DNA of 64,000 nucleotides. Origin: Eledone cirrhosa. Taxonomy: Eukaryota. The stretch spans positions 39,246,001 through 39,310,000 of the forward strand of contig OZ024744.1 in assembly GCA_964016885.1 (NCBI GenBank). The letters are read 5' to 3'. A program made the translations under genes and the position numbers. Under the pieces are notes generated by a model that was not told the DNA's origin, made no database searches, and saw nothing but the letters and a program-made list of their open reading frames with translations. Below, piece after piece: positions 1 to 14,000 of this stretch; within the stretch, counting starts at the first letter, position 1; every line of letters begins with the position of its first letter.

Positions 1-624
1 GAATTGAGGGAGATTGGGCTGCTATTTCTAGTAGATTGAATGCCTACATGGAAACTTTCTCATTGGTTTTTGGGTGTGTGTGTCTGTTCTAGGATCGTTA
101 TGGTGGTGGTGTTGGATGAACATTTTTTTCTGAGTATCACTTAATATTTTCCTTCTTGTGTTCTGCCATTCCCAGAACCTCTGTAATAACCCATAGCTTG
201 GAGTGAAGGGGAAAAGGTGGAGGAGAGCTATACTTTCAGGTATTTCTTGAGAGGGAAGGGATACGGGGTTACTGTGCTTCAGCTTAGTCTGCCTTATGGA
301 TAATATGGGAGTGTGTATGCCCCCCCCCCCTCCCGGAGTTATTTTACCTCTCCTGTTTCACTCACACCACCCACCCCATCGGTCACATTGTTTTTATGCA
401 TGATTGGCAGTCTTACTTTTTTTAAACCCTTATCTCTTTCCTATTTTCTCTCTACCATCACCCCTCTCCCTCTCTTTATCATCACCCCTCTCCCTCTCTT
501 TCCACCCCCACCATTTCTTTACCTCCTCCTCTTTTGTCATCATCCAAAATTCCAGGGGTATTCAGTTAAAAATGTGTCAATGCTGTTTGTTAGTTATCAA
601 CATAGAGCTAAGTGGATTAAAAGT

Positions 625-841
625 ATTACTTGACTACTACTACTACTACTACTACTACTATCACCACCACCACTACTACTACTGCTATTACTGTTGCTGC
701 TACTTCTACTACTGCTGCTACTACTACTACTACTGCTGCTGCTACTACTATTGTTACTACTACTACTGCTACTACTACTACTGTTGCTACTACTATTGTT
801 ACTACTACTACTACTACTACTACTACCACAACCACCACCAT
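625..841. repeat. Imperfect (TAC/CAC/TGC)n trinucleotide microsatellite
   Basis: Runs of tactac, caccac and tgctac; produces the spurious poly-Y, poly-T and poly-V ORFs. Confidence 0.95.
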
Positions 842-1693
842 AGGGTCAGGAGTTCAGCCATACCTACTGCAGGTGTTTTATTGTGTTTGAGAGCAGTATA
901 CTTAATTTTTTTTCTCTCACAGGGTTGGCAGATCATTTTTATAAAAAGTAGCTCTAAATTTACAAAAGTAGTGAATTGATTTATAAAGTAACCCCCAAAT
1001 GCCCATTTGTTTCACAATCACCTGGCTTGAGGTCCAGTCCCACTATGTGACACCCTTGGCATGTGTCTATAGCAGTGATTCCCAATGTGGGGGCAATTTG
1101 AATATTTAAGGGGGTCATTTGAAAATGATGTTAATGAGAACAAACTTCAGGTTTTACTTTATTACCTTTGCACCAAGGCAACTTTGGTGTACATTACTTT
1201 CAGAAACTCCTGTCTCACCTCCTCTTCCACATGTTATTGTGTATCTGGTACCACCTATATACTAATTTGTTTACACTTTGCAGTCGATCATTGCTACTTT
1301 TAGATTTTGAGGAGGAACATGGTACCCGTTGGGAACCACTGGTCTATAGCCTCAGGTTGATCAATGCCTTGTTAGTGAATCTTAGCTAAGCAACCTAAAG
1401 CTTGAAGGCTCAGCCAAATTCCCCTAACTGCAGTTTAAAGGACCAAGAACAATACTGACCACCTCAATAGATTGAGGCTGTCCATTTTGGCCGAGCCTTC
1501 TAACCCTAGGTTAAATGGCTTGTGATGTTTTTTTTTTGTTATAGATTACTTTACTGGGATCTATCTGTTGGTGATTTTGTATTTTTGTATGTCCTATAAG
1601 TATATGTTTCTCTGATGTTAGATTTATTTTAGCAATCTTTTCATTGAGATGTTATGTACAGTGGTGACAAACTTAACTTTACTTATGTATGAT

Positions 1694-1902
<209 letters not shown>

Positions 1903-2276
1903 AAATATTTGCTCTACGGTTCTTATATATTTGATATATATATTTATCCTTATCGAGCCCTCTTTGGATTTTAGTCTTCAAATTTATTATTATTACTATA
2001 TATATATAAAGCAAGCGTTTTTTTTGTTTTGAAGACAGCAAGTAAAGTTTGAAATACTCATCCTTTTCCATTTAGAGGATTTTAAACCCACCTATCAGGC
2101 TAATTCTCTTTAGTCAAAATACGGTGAAAGCTTCTATTTCTAACTCAATATATATATATGTTAAGTGTGTAACTACAGGTGGTGTGCTGTTCAAAGCACT
2201 CAATGTTGTTATGAGGTCCATCTTGTGTTAGGTTGTATTCCTGAGTTAAGGTGGCTGTAGTGTGCCAAGTGCAAAT

Positions 2277-2664
2277 AAAAGTAAGTAGGATTGAAGTCAG
2301 TGATGCAGCATATATATATAAACTTTATTGGCATATTACAATCATTTCAATATCGATCAACTCAGGGTACAATCATAAAGACCAAAGTCAGACTCTGCCT
2401 CAGATATGTGAGTTTATATGTGCAAAGTTCTTTAATTATGCAATAGCCATGATACATATTTCTGAGGTGTATTATTGATGTATTTAAATTTAGTTTGGAT
2501 GTGGATTTGCACATATATACTCGCATATCAGATGAGATGTCAAGAAAGAGTTGGGCTCCACTCATTATGTTTGTACCCTGAGCTGATCGATATTGAAACG
2601 ATTGTAATATACCAATAAAGTTTTTATATATGCCACAACACTGACTTTGATCCTACTTACTTTT
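2277..2664. mobile_element. Long inverted repeat, probable Penelope-like (PLE) pseudo-LTR palindrome remnant
   Basis: 2277-2378 (aaaagtaagtaggattgaagtcagtg...cagggtacaatcataa) is the reverse complement of 2565-2664; 2401-2426 pairs with 2506-2531. Each arm carries a CTGAG(C/T)TGATCGATATTGAAA(C/T)GATTGTA...AATAAA motif. Confidence 0.65.
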
Positions 2665-2938
2665 ATATATATGTACTTGTTAGAGGGTGTTTCCTAATTG
2701 GTAGTCTGGGCGGTGATTGAAGTAACTCCATCCTGTGCTACCCATATGATACCATATCAATATTGGTAGAATACATGACGTCCAATACTCTTTCCTCATT
2801 ACACTATGGTTTTCCTGATTGGAGTGACACAAATATGTATCATGGCTAATGTGTAATTAAGGAAGTTATGAAATCTTGCCTTCATGTTGTGTTATTGATC
2901 TATATCTTTATATATATATATATATATATACACACAGA

Positions 2939-3160
2939 TAAAAAGCACCCAGTACATACTATAAATGAGTAGAAACCAAGCCAGTCCTGTATGAGCAAGT
3001 CATGGTTATCAGACATGGCTTGTCTCACAACAGAGCAACTCATCTAATCCATGCTAGCATGGAAAATGGACGTTAAATTATATATATATATATATCAGTT
3101 CCCGTCCCACCCTTGCAAGCAGGGAAAAGTGGACGTAAAATAAAAGGATGATGATGAAAA
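2939..3160 (+). mobile_element. Fragments of a dispersed RTE-associated retroelement 3' end
   Basis: aaaagcacccagtacatactataaa...tagaaaccaagcc, then two copies of the catgctagcatggaaaatggacgttaaa-(gat)n tail, which recurs about 10 times in the window. Confidence 0.7.
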
Positions 3161-3362
3161 TGATATATATATACACATACATATATATATTTGATTGCCT
3201 ATGTGTCAGTCCTAATTTAGTTGATAATTTAATATATTTAAATGGATTCTTACTTAAAAAATTAAGATTTCATGCATCAAGAATTTCATTCTCGTTTTCA
3301 GTAATTTCTTATTTTTATAGCTGTTTTATTTACACTTTAGCAAGTCTTCACTAGGTGTAAAA

Positions 3363-3605
3363 TTAATCCTTTCATTACCCATATTTTCAATAAAAGACAC
3401 TGCCTGTAATTTTGAAGAAAAAAACTGAAAGAGAAATAAAGATAATAATGATTAAAAAATTTGGAGTGATATAGTAACATAACTAACTTTTTATTGTTAA
3501 TCTTATGTTTGGAGTATTAAAAAAAAAAAAAAAACTATGATGGAAGATTTTAAAATAAATATAAATTCTTTAAACAAACAAGTGGCTTAGGATAGTTCAG
3601 TAAAT
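3363..3605 (+). mobile_element. Degenerate piggyBac-like MITE
   Basis: Starts ttaatcctttcattacccatatttt; similar in reverse orientation to 60010-60432. Confidence 0.35.
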
Positions 3606-4224
3606 ATTTTGTTCTTCAAGTTATACTTTTAGTCTTAAATTTGACTAATTACATCCTATTTCATAGTTTATTTCTGATAAATATAGCTCTTGAAAACATA
3701 AAAAAAACAAAAAATTATCAATGCTTAGTAACTTGCTATAAACAGCTCAAATGGTTATTCTGACTAACCTTGCAATGTAGGTTCAACAACTACATTTTTA
3801 AGTGCTTCTGCTGCATCCCAAAATTTTAACCCATTATTAGGAATTTCTTTAGGAAATGTACTTTTGCAATCAAGAGTTTCTCAATACAATCAATTGTATA
3901 TTGATCAGTCAAAGCTAAATGGAGAGCTGTAAAAGATTGATGACTATGATTAAACAAACACTTGGGGGAAATGAAAGGCAAAGTTCTTCTGAACAGAATT
4001 TGAACAGAGAACACGGAGAGCCTGAATTTATAGCACGAGGCCAGTTCACCACTCTATATCTATCTAATCCAGAACAATATATTATTGAGTGTGTGTCCGT
4101 GAAATATATACATATACACTAGGTCCGAAAACAAACAAATCAAACTTCCACTGTCACTGCCTCATCTCTCCCGCTTTCCCCATTATTCACTATTATAGGC
4201 AAATGTGGGTCCACGTGCTGGTCA

Positions 4225-4399
4225 TTCTATGGTCCCAGCAGACAGAATAGAGAAGGCATTTTCCTGGAGGATGGTGAGGGAGGCATACTGGAAGAGTCAT
4301 TCCAGCTTGTGAGGCTCACACCAGCGGGTAGCCAACTCTGTGCTGATGGTAGTCAGCAGGGAGGTGGTCTTAAGGCCAAGGACACCAGAAGTCTCCACT
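4225..4399 (-). mobile_element. 3' fragment of CRE-type non-LTR retrotransposon
   Basis: Reverse complement agtggagacttctggtgtccttggcc...gaaaatgccttctctattctgtctgctggg aligns with 57089-57256 (VETSxVLGP...GNAFSILS). Confidence 0.85.
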
Positions 4400-4782
4400 A
4401 TTTTGAATCTTTTAAACAATTTCAATATTTCTAGGTATATTGTTCGAAAAGCTTCAGCACTATTTTTGTAGTGTTTTCGTGATTTCAGGAAACTTGTTTT
4501 GATGGAATTTTATGAGCCAAAACATCAGAGAACTTGTATGCAATATCAAACTTTTTTACATAGGTGGTACTGTGATTCAATATCTAAATTTGGTTCAAGA
4601 TTCAAACATGAGGATGTAAAATGTTTGTAAGCAGAGACAGTGTAAAACTGTAGAGTTCACCTAAGATATTACAGTGACCTACCATTTCTTTTCACAACAG
4701 CAAATTATTATTATTTTTTAATTTCCTCAACACAGATCTCATAAATATAAACAAAGTTCATCAGTAGCAACTTGATGTGTAT

Positions 4783-4876
4783 CTGTGTGTGTATATATGT
4801 GTGTATGTATGTATGTATGTATGTATGTATATGTATGTGTGTGCGTGTATATATATATGTGTGTGTGTGTGTGTGT
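4783..4876. repeat. (TG)n/(TATG)n microsatellite
   Basis: Directly visible. Confidence 0.9.
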
Positions 4877-5026
4877 AAATTGAAATGTAATATTCTCTTT
4901 GCAGCATTGATTTGTAGAACCTGTTATGCCTCTTAACAGACAGTCCCTGTGAGGAAATAATTCTCCAGGAACATGGATGCTGGAGAGTGTGATGACAGTA
5001 TCTGAACACCATGGGGTATATACTAA

Positions 5027-8000
5027 AGAGGGTGACAGTGTTAGAAGGTAACTCTTCAATAACAGGGGTGCTGGAGAGTGTGACAGTGTTAGAAGGTAAC
5101 TCTTCAATAGCAGGGGTGATGGAGAGTGTGACAGTGTTAGAAGGTAATTCTTCAATAACAGGGGTGATGGAGAGTGTGACAGTGTTAGAAGGTAACTCTT
5201 CAATAGCAGGGGGTGATGGAGAGTGTGACAGTGTTAGAAGGTAACTCTTCAATAACAGGGGTGATGGAGAGTATGACAGTGTTAGAAGGTAACTCTTCAA
5301 TAACAGGGGTGATGGAGAGTGTGACAGTGTTAGAAGGTAACTCTTCAATAACAGGGGTGATGGAGAGTGTGACAGTGTTAGAAGGTAACTCTTCAATAAC
5401 AGGGGTGATGGAGAGTGTGACAGTGTTAGAAGGTAACTCTTCAATAACAGGGGTGATGGAGAGTGTGACAGTGTTAGAAGGTAACTCTTCAATAACAGGG
5501 GTGGTGGAGAGTGTGAAAGTGTTAGAAGGTAACACTTCAATAACAGGGGTGATGGAGAGTGTGACAGTGTTAGAAGGTAACTCTTCAATAGCAGGGGTGA
5601 TGGAGAGTGTGACAGTGTTAGAAGGTAACTCTTCAATAGCAGGGGTGATGGAGAGTGTGACAGTGTTAGAAGGTAACTCTTCAATAACAGGGGTGATGGA
5701 GAGTATGACAGTGTTAGAAGGTAACACTTCAATAATAGGGGTGCTGGAGAGTGTGACAGTGTTAGAAGGTAACTCTTCAATAACAGGGGTGCTGGAGAGT
5801 GTGACAGTGTTAGAAGGTAACTCTTCAATAACAGGGGTGATGGAGAGTGTGACAGTGTTAGAAGGTAACTCTTCAATAGCAGGGGTGATGGAGAGTGTGA
5901 CAGTGTTAGAAGGTAACTCTTCAATAACAGGGGTGCTGGAGAGTGTGACAGTGTTAGAAGGTAACTCTTCAATAGCAGGGGTGATGGAGAGTGTGATAGT
6001 GTTAGAAGGTAACTCTTCAATAACAGGGGTGATGGAGAGTATGACAGTGTTAGAAGGTAACACTTCAATAACAGGGGTGCTGGAGAGTGTGACAGTGTTA
6101 TAAGGTAACTCTTCAATAACAGGGGTGCTGGAGAGTGTGACAGTGTTAGAAGGTAACTCTTCAATAACAGGGGTGATGGAGAGTGTGACAGTGTTAGAAG
6201 GTAACTCTTCAATAACAGGGGTGCTGGAGAGTGTGACAGTGTTAGAAGGTAACTCTTCAATAGCAGGGGTGATGGAGAGTATGACAGTGTTAGAAGGTAA
6301 CTCTTCAATAACAGGGGTGATGGAGAGTATGACAGTGTTAGAAGGTAACACTTCAATAACAGGGGTGCTGGAGAGTGTGACAGTGTTAGAAGGTAACTCT
6401 TCAATAACAGGGGTGATGGAGAGTGTGACAGTGTTAGAAGGTAACTCTTCAATAGCAGGGGTGATGGAGAGTGTGACAGTGTTAGAAGGTAACTCTTCAA
6501 TAACAGGGGTGATGGAGAGTATGACAGTGTTAGAAGGTAACACTTCAATAACAGGGGTGCTGGAGAGTGTGACAGTGTTAGAAGGTAACTCTTCAATAGC
6601 AGGGGTGGTGGAGAGTGTGACAGTGTTAGAAGGTAACTCTTCAATAGCAGGGGGTGGTGGAGAGTGTGACAGTGTTAGAAGGTAACTCTTCAATAACAGG
6701 GGTGCTGGAGAGTGTGACAGTGTTAGAAGGTAACTCTTCAATAGCAGGGGTGATGGAGAGTGTGACATGTTAGAAGGTAACTCTTCAATAGCAGGGGTGA
6801 TGGAGAGTGTGACAGTGTTAGAAGGTAACTCTTCAATAACAGGGGTGATGGAGAGTGTGACAGTGTTAGAAGGTAACTCTTCAATAACAGGGGTGATGGA
6901 GAGTATGACAGTGTTAGAAGGTAACTCTTCAATAACAGGGGTGCTGGAGAGTGTGACAGTGTTAGAAGGTAACTCTTCAATAACAGGGGTGATGGAGAGT
7001 GTGACAGTGTTAGAAGGTAACTCTTCAATAGCAGGGGTGATGGAGAGTGTGACAGTGTTAGAAGGTAACTCTTCAATAACAGGGGTGATGGAGAGTGTGA
7101 CAGTGTTAGAAGGTAACTCTTCAATAGCAGGGGTGATGGAGAGTGTGACAGTGTTAGAAGGTAACTCTTCAATAACAGGGGTGATGGAGAGTGTGACAGT
7201 GTTAGAAGGTAACTCTTCAATAGCAGGGGTGATGGAGAGTGTGACAGTGTTAGAAGGTAACACTTCAATAACAGGGGTGATGGAGAGTGTGACAGTGTTA
7301 GAAGGTAACTCTTCAATAACAGGGGTGATGGAGAGTGTGACAGTGTTAGAAGGTAACACTTCAATAGCAGGGGTGGTGGAGAGTGTGACAGTGTTAGAAG
7401 GTAACTCTTCAGTAACAGGGGGTGGTGGAGAGTGTGACAGTGTTCGAAGGTAACTCTTCAATAACAGGGGTGATGGAGAGAGTGACAGTGTTAGAAGGTA
7501 ACACTTCAATAACAGGGGTGATGGAGAGTGTGACAGTGTTAGAAGGTAACACTTCAGTAACAGGGGGTGGTGGAGAGTGGGACAGTGTTAGAAGGTAACT
7601 CTTCAATAGCAGGGGTGATGGAGAGTGTGACAGTGTTAGAAGGTAACTCTTCAATAACAGGGGTGATGGAGAGTGTGACAGTGTTAGAAGGTAACTCTTC
7701 AATAGCAGGGGTGATGGAAAGTGTGACAGTGTTAGAAGGTAACTCTTCAATAGCAGGGGTTGATGGAGAGTGTGACAGTGTTAGAAGGTAACTCTTCAAT
7801 AACAGGGGTGATGGAGAGTGTGACAGTGTTAGAAGGTAACTCTTCAATAGCAGGGGGTGATGGAGAGTGTGACAGTGTTAGAAGGTAACTCTTCAATAGC
7901 AGGGGGTGATGGAGAGTGTGACACTGTTAGAAGGTAACACTTCAATAGCAGGGGAGATGGAGAGTGTGACAGTGTTAGAAGGTAACTCTTCAGTAACGGG

Positions 8001-11000
8001 GTGGTGGAGAGTGTGACATGTTAGAAGGTAACTCTTCAGTAACAGGGGGTGGTGGAGAGTGTGACATGTTAGAAGGTAACTCTTCAATAACAGGGGTGAT
8101 GGAGAGTGTGACAGTGTTAGAAGGTAACTCTTCAATAACAGGGGGTGATGGAGAGTGTGACATGTTAGAAGGTAACTCTTCAATAACAGGGGGTGATGGA
8201 GAGTGTGACATGTTAGAAGGTAACTCTTCAATAGCAGGGGGTGATGGAGAGTGTGACAGTGTTAGAAGGTAACTCTTCAATAACAGGGGGTGATGGAGAG
8301 TGTGACAGTGTTAGAAGGTAACTCTTCAATAGCAGGGGGTGATGGAGAGTGTGACTGTGTTAGAAGGTAACTCTTCAATAGCAGGGGTGATGGAGAGTGT
8401 GACAGTGTTAGAAGGTAACTCTTCAATACCAGGAGTGATGGAGAGTGTGACAGCGTTAGAAGGTAACTCTTCAATAACAGGGATGATGGAGAGTGTGACA
8501 GTGTTAGAAGGTAACTCTTCAATAACAGGGGTGATGGAGAGTGTGACATGTTAGAAGGTAACGCTTCAACAACAGGGGTGATGGAGAGTATGACAGTGTT
8601 AGAAGGTAACTCTTCAATAGCAGGGGTGATGGAGAGTGTGACAGTGTTAGAAGGTAACTCTTCAATAGCAGGGGTGCTGGAGAGTGTGACAGTGTTAGAA
8701 GGTAACTCTTCAATAACAGGGATGATGGAGAGTATGACAGTGTTAGAAGGTAACACTTCAATAACAGGGGTGATGGAGAGTGTGACAGTGTTAGAAGGTA
8801 ACTCTTCAATAACAGGGGTGATGGAGAGTGTGACAGTGTTAGAAGGTAACTCTTCAATAACAGGGGTGATGGAGAGTGTGACAGTGTTAGAAGGTAACTC
8901 TTCAATAACAGGGGTGATGGAGAGTGTGACAGTGTTAGAAGGTAACTCTTCAATAACAGGGGTGATGGAGAGTATGACAGTGTTAGAAGGTAACTCTTCA
9001 ATAGCAGGGATGATGAAGAGTGTGACAGTGTTAGAAGGTAACACTTCAATAGCAGGGGTGATGGAGAGTGTGACAGTGTTAGAAGGTAACTCTTCAGTAA
9101 CAGGGGGTGATGGAGAGTGTGACAGTGTTAGAAGGTAACTCTTCAGTAACAGGGGGTGCTGGAGAGTGTGACAGTGTTAGAAGGTCACTCTTCAGTAACA
9201 GGGTGTGATGGAGAGTGTGACAGTGTTAGAAGGTAACTCTTCAATAACAGGGGTGATGGAGAGTGTGACATGTTAGAAGGTAACACTTCAATAACAGGGG
9301 TGATGGAGAGTGTGACAGTGTTAGAAGGTAACTCTTCAGTAACAGGGGGTGATGGAGAGTGTGACAGTGTTAGAAGGTAACTCTTCAATAGCAGGGGTGA
9401 TGGAGAGTGTGACTGTTAGAAGGTAACGCTTCAATAACAGGGGTGATGGAGAGTATGACAGTGTTAGAAGGTAACTCTTCAATAACAGGGGTGATGGAGA
9501 GTGTGACAGTGTTAGAAGGTAACTCTTCAATAACAGGGGTGATGGAGAGTGTGACAGTGTTAGAAGGTAACTCTTCAATAGCAGGGGTGATGGAGAGGGT
9601 GACAGTGTTAGAAGGTAACTCTTCAATAGCAGGGGGTGATGGATAGTGTGACAGTGTTAGAAGGTAACTCTTCAATAGCAGGGGGTGATGGAGAGTGTGA
9701 CAGTGTTAGAAGGTAACTCTTCAATAGCAGGGGTGATGGAGAGGGTGACAGTGTTAGAAGGTAACTCTTCAATAGCAGGTGGTGATGGAGAGTATGACAG
9801 TGTTAGAAGGTAACTCTTCAATAACAGGGGGTGATGGAGAGTGTGACAGTGTTAGAAGGTAACTCTTCAATAACAGGGGTGATGGAGAGTGTGACAGTGT
9901 TAGAAGGTAACTCTTCAATAACAGGGGTGATGGAGAGTGTGACAGTGTTAGAAGGTAACTCTTCAATAGCAGGGGTGATGGAGAGTGTGACAGTGTTAGA
10001 AGGTAACTCTTCAATAACAGGGGTGATGGAGAGTGTGACAGTGTTAGAAGGTAACTCTTCAATAACAGGGGTGATGGAGAGTGTGACAGTGTTAGAAGGT
10101 AACTCTTCAATAACAGGGGTGATGGAGAGTATGACAGTGTTAGAAGGTAACTCTTCAATAGCAGTGGTGATGGAGAGTGTGACAGTGTTAGAAGGTAACA
10201 CTTCAATAGCAGGGGTGATGGAGAGTGTGACAGTGTTAGAAGGTAACTCTTCAGTAACAGGGGGTGATGGAGAGTGTGACAGTGTTAGAAGGTAACTCTT
10301 CAATAACAGGGGTGATGGAGAGTGTGACATGTTAGAAGGTAACACTTCAATAACAGGGGTGATGGAGAGTGTGACAGTGTTAGAAGGTAACTCTTCAATA
10401 GCAGGGGTGATGGAGAGTGTGACTGTTAGAAGGTAACGCTTCAATAACAGGGGTGATGGAGAGTATGACAGTGTTAGAAGGTAACTCTTCAATAACAGGG
10501 GTGATGGAGAGTGTGACAGTGTTAGAAGGTAACTCTTCAATAACAGGGGTGATGGAGAGTGTGACAGTGTTAGAAGGTAACTCTTCAATAGCAGGGGTGA
10601 TGGAGAGGGTGACAGTGTTAGAAGGTAACTCTTCAATAGCAGGGGGTGATGGATAGTGTGACAGTGTTAGAAGGTAACTCTTCAATAGCAGGGGGTGATG
10701 GAGAGTGTGACAGTGTTAGAAGGTAACTCTTCAATAGCAGGGGTGATGGAGAGGGTGACAGTGTTAGAAGGTAACTCTTCAATAGCAGGGGGTGATGGAG
10801 AGTATGACAGTGTTAGAAGGTAACTCTTCAATAGCAGGGGGTGATGGAGAGTATGACAGTGTTAGAAGGTAACTCTTCAATAACAGGGGGTGATGGAGAG
10901 TGTGACAGTGTTAGAAGGTAACACTTCAATAACAGGGGTGATGGAGAGTGTGACAGTGTTAGAAGGTAACTCTTCAATAACAGGGGTGATGGAGAGTGTG

Positions 11001-14000
11001 ACAGTGTTAGAAGGTAACTCTTCAATAGCAGGGGTGATGGAGAGTGTGACAGTGTTAGAAGGTAACCCTTCAATAACAGGGGTGATGGAGAGTGTGACAG
11101 TATTAGAAGGTAACTCTTCAATAACAGGGGTGATGGAGAGTGTGACAGTGTTAGAAGGTAACTCTTCAATAGCAGGGGTGATGGTGAGTGTGACAGTGTT
11201 AGAAGGTAACTCTTCAATAACAGGGGGGCTGGAGAGTGTGACAGTGTTAGAAGGTAACTCTTCAATAACAGGGGTGCTGGAGAGTGTGACAGTGTTAGAA
11301 GGTAACTCTTCAATAACAGGGGTGCTGGAGAGTGTGACAGTGTTAGAAGGTAACTCTTCAATAGCAGGGGGTGGTGGAGAGTGTGACAGTGTTAGAAGGT
11401 AACTCTTCAATAGCAGGGGTGGTGGAGAGTGTGACAGTGTTAGAAGGTAACTCTTCAATAGCAGGGGTGGTGGAGAGTGTGACAGTGTTAGAAGGTAACT
11501 CTTCAATAGCAGGGGGTGGTGGAGAGTGTGACAGTGTTAGAAGGTAACTCTTCAATAGCAGGGGGTGGTGGAGAGTGTGACAGTGTTAGAAGGTAACTCT
11601 TCAATAGCAGGGGTGGTGGAGAGTGTGACAGTGTTAGAAGGTAACTCTTCAATAGCAGGGGTGGTGGAGAGTGTGACAGTGTTAGAAGGTAACTCTTCAA
11701 TAGCAGGGGTGGTGGAGAGTGTGACAGTGTTAGAAGGTAACTCTTCAATAACAGGGGTGGTGGAGAGTGTGACAGTGTTAGAAGGTAACTCTTCAATAAC
11801 AGGGGGGCTGGAGAGTGTGACAGTGTTAGAAGGTAACTCTTCAATAACAGGGGTGATGGAGAGTGTGACAGTGTTAGAAGGTAACTCTTCAATAACAGGG
11901 GTGATGGAGAGTGTGACAGTGTTAGAAGGTAACTCTTCAATAGCAGGGGTGGTGGAGAGTGTGACATGTTAGAAGGTAACTCTTCAATAACAGGGGTGAT
12001 GGAGAGTGTGACAGTGTTAGAAGGTAACTCTTCAATAGCAGGGGGTGATGGAGAGTATGACAGTGTTAGAAGGTAACTCTTCAATAGCAGGGGGTGATGG
12101 AGAGTATGACAGTGTTAGAAGGTAACTCTTCAATAACAGGGAGTGATGGAGAGTGTGACAGTGTTAGAAGGTAACACTTCAATAACAGGGGTGATGGAGA
12201 GTGTGACAGTGTTAGAAGGTAACTCTTCAATAACAGGGGTGATGGAGAGTGTGACAGTGTTAGAAGGTAACTCTTCAATAGCAGGGGTGATGGAGAGTGT
12301 GACAGTGTTAGAAGGTAACTCTTCAATAACAGGGGTGATGGAGAGTGTGACAGTATTAGAAGGTAACTCTTCAATAACAGGGGTGATGGAGAGTGTGACA
12401 GTGTTAGAAGGTAACTCTTCAATAGCAGGGGTGATGGTGAGTGTGACAGTGTTAGAAGGTAACTCTTCAATAACAGGGGGGCTGGAGAGTGTGACAGTGT
12501 TAGAAGGTAACTCTTCAATAACAGGGGTGCTGGAGAGTGTGACAGTGTTAGAAGGTAACTCTTCAATAACAGGGGTGCTGGAGAGTGTGACAGTGTTAGA
12601 AGGTAACTCTTCAATAGCAGGGGGTAGTGGAGAGTGTGACAGTGTTAGAAGGTAACTCTTCAATAGCAGGGGTGGTGGAGAGTGTGACAGTGTTAGAAGG
12701 TAACTCTTCAATAGCAGGGGTGGTGGAGAGTGTGACAGTGTTAGAAGGTAACTCTTCAATAGCAGGGGGTGGTGGAGAGTGTGACAGTGTTAGAAGGTAA
12801 CTCTTCAATAGCAGGGGTGGTGGAGAGTGTGACAGTGTTAGAAGGTAACTCTTCAATAGCAGGGGTGGTGGAGAGTGTGACAGTGTTAGAAGGTAACTCT
12901 TCAATAGCAGGGGTGGTGGAGAGTGTGACAGTGTTAGAAGGTAACTCTTCAATAACAGGGGTGGTGGAGAGTGTGACAGTGTTAGAAGGTAACTCTTCAA
13001 TAACAGGGGGGCTGGAGAGTGTGACAGTGTTAGAAGGTAACTCTTCAATAACAGGGGTGATGGAGAGTGTGACAGTGTTAGAAGGTAACTCTTCAATAAC
13101 AGGGGTGATGGAGAGTGTGACAGTGTTAGAAGGTAACTCTTCAATAGCAGGGGTGGTGGAGAGTGTGACATGTTAGAAGGTAACTCTTCAATAACAGGGG
13201 TGATGGAGAGTGTGACAGTGTTAGAAGGTAACTCTTCAATAGCAGGGGTGATGGAGAGTGTGACAGTGTTAGAAGGTAACACTTCAATAACAGGGGTGAT
13301 GGAGAGTGTGACAGTGTTAGAAGGTAACTCTTCAATAGCAGGGGGTGGTGGAGAGTGTGACAGTGTTAGAAAGTAACTCTTCAATAGCAGGGGGTGATGG
13401 AGAGTGTGACAGTGTTAGAAGGTAACTCTTCAATAACAGGGGTGATGGAGAGTGTGACAGTGTTAGAAGGTAACTCTTCAATAACAGGGGTGATGGAGAG
13501 TGTGACAGTGTTAGAAGGTAACTCTTCAATAACAGGGGTGATGGAGAGTGTGACAGTGTTAGAAGGTAACTCTTCAATAACAGGGGTGATGGAGAGTGTG
13601 ACAGTGTTAGAAGGTAACACTTCAATAGCAGGGGTGATGGAGAGTGTGACAGTGTTAGAAGGTAACTCTTCAATAGCAGGGGTGATGGAGAGTGTGACAG
13701 TGTTAGAAGGTAACTCTTCAGTAACAGGGGGTGGTGGAGAGTGTGACAGTGTTAGAAGGTAACTCTTCAATAGCAGGGGTGATGGAGAGTGTGACAGTGT
13801 TAGAAGGTAACTCTTCAATAACAGGGGTGATCGAGAGTGTGACAGTGTTAGAAGGTAACTCTTCAATAACAGGGGGTGATGGAGAGTGTGACAGTGTTAG
13901 AAGGTAACACTTCAATAGCAGGGGTGATGGAGAGTGTGACAGTGTTAGAAGGTAACTCTTCAATAACAGGGGTGATGGAGAGTGTGACAGTGTTAGAAGG

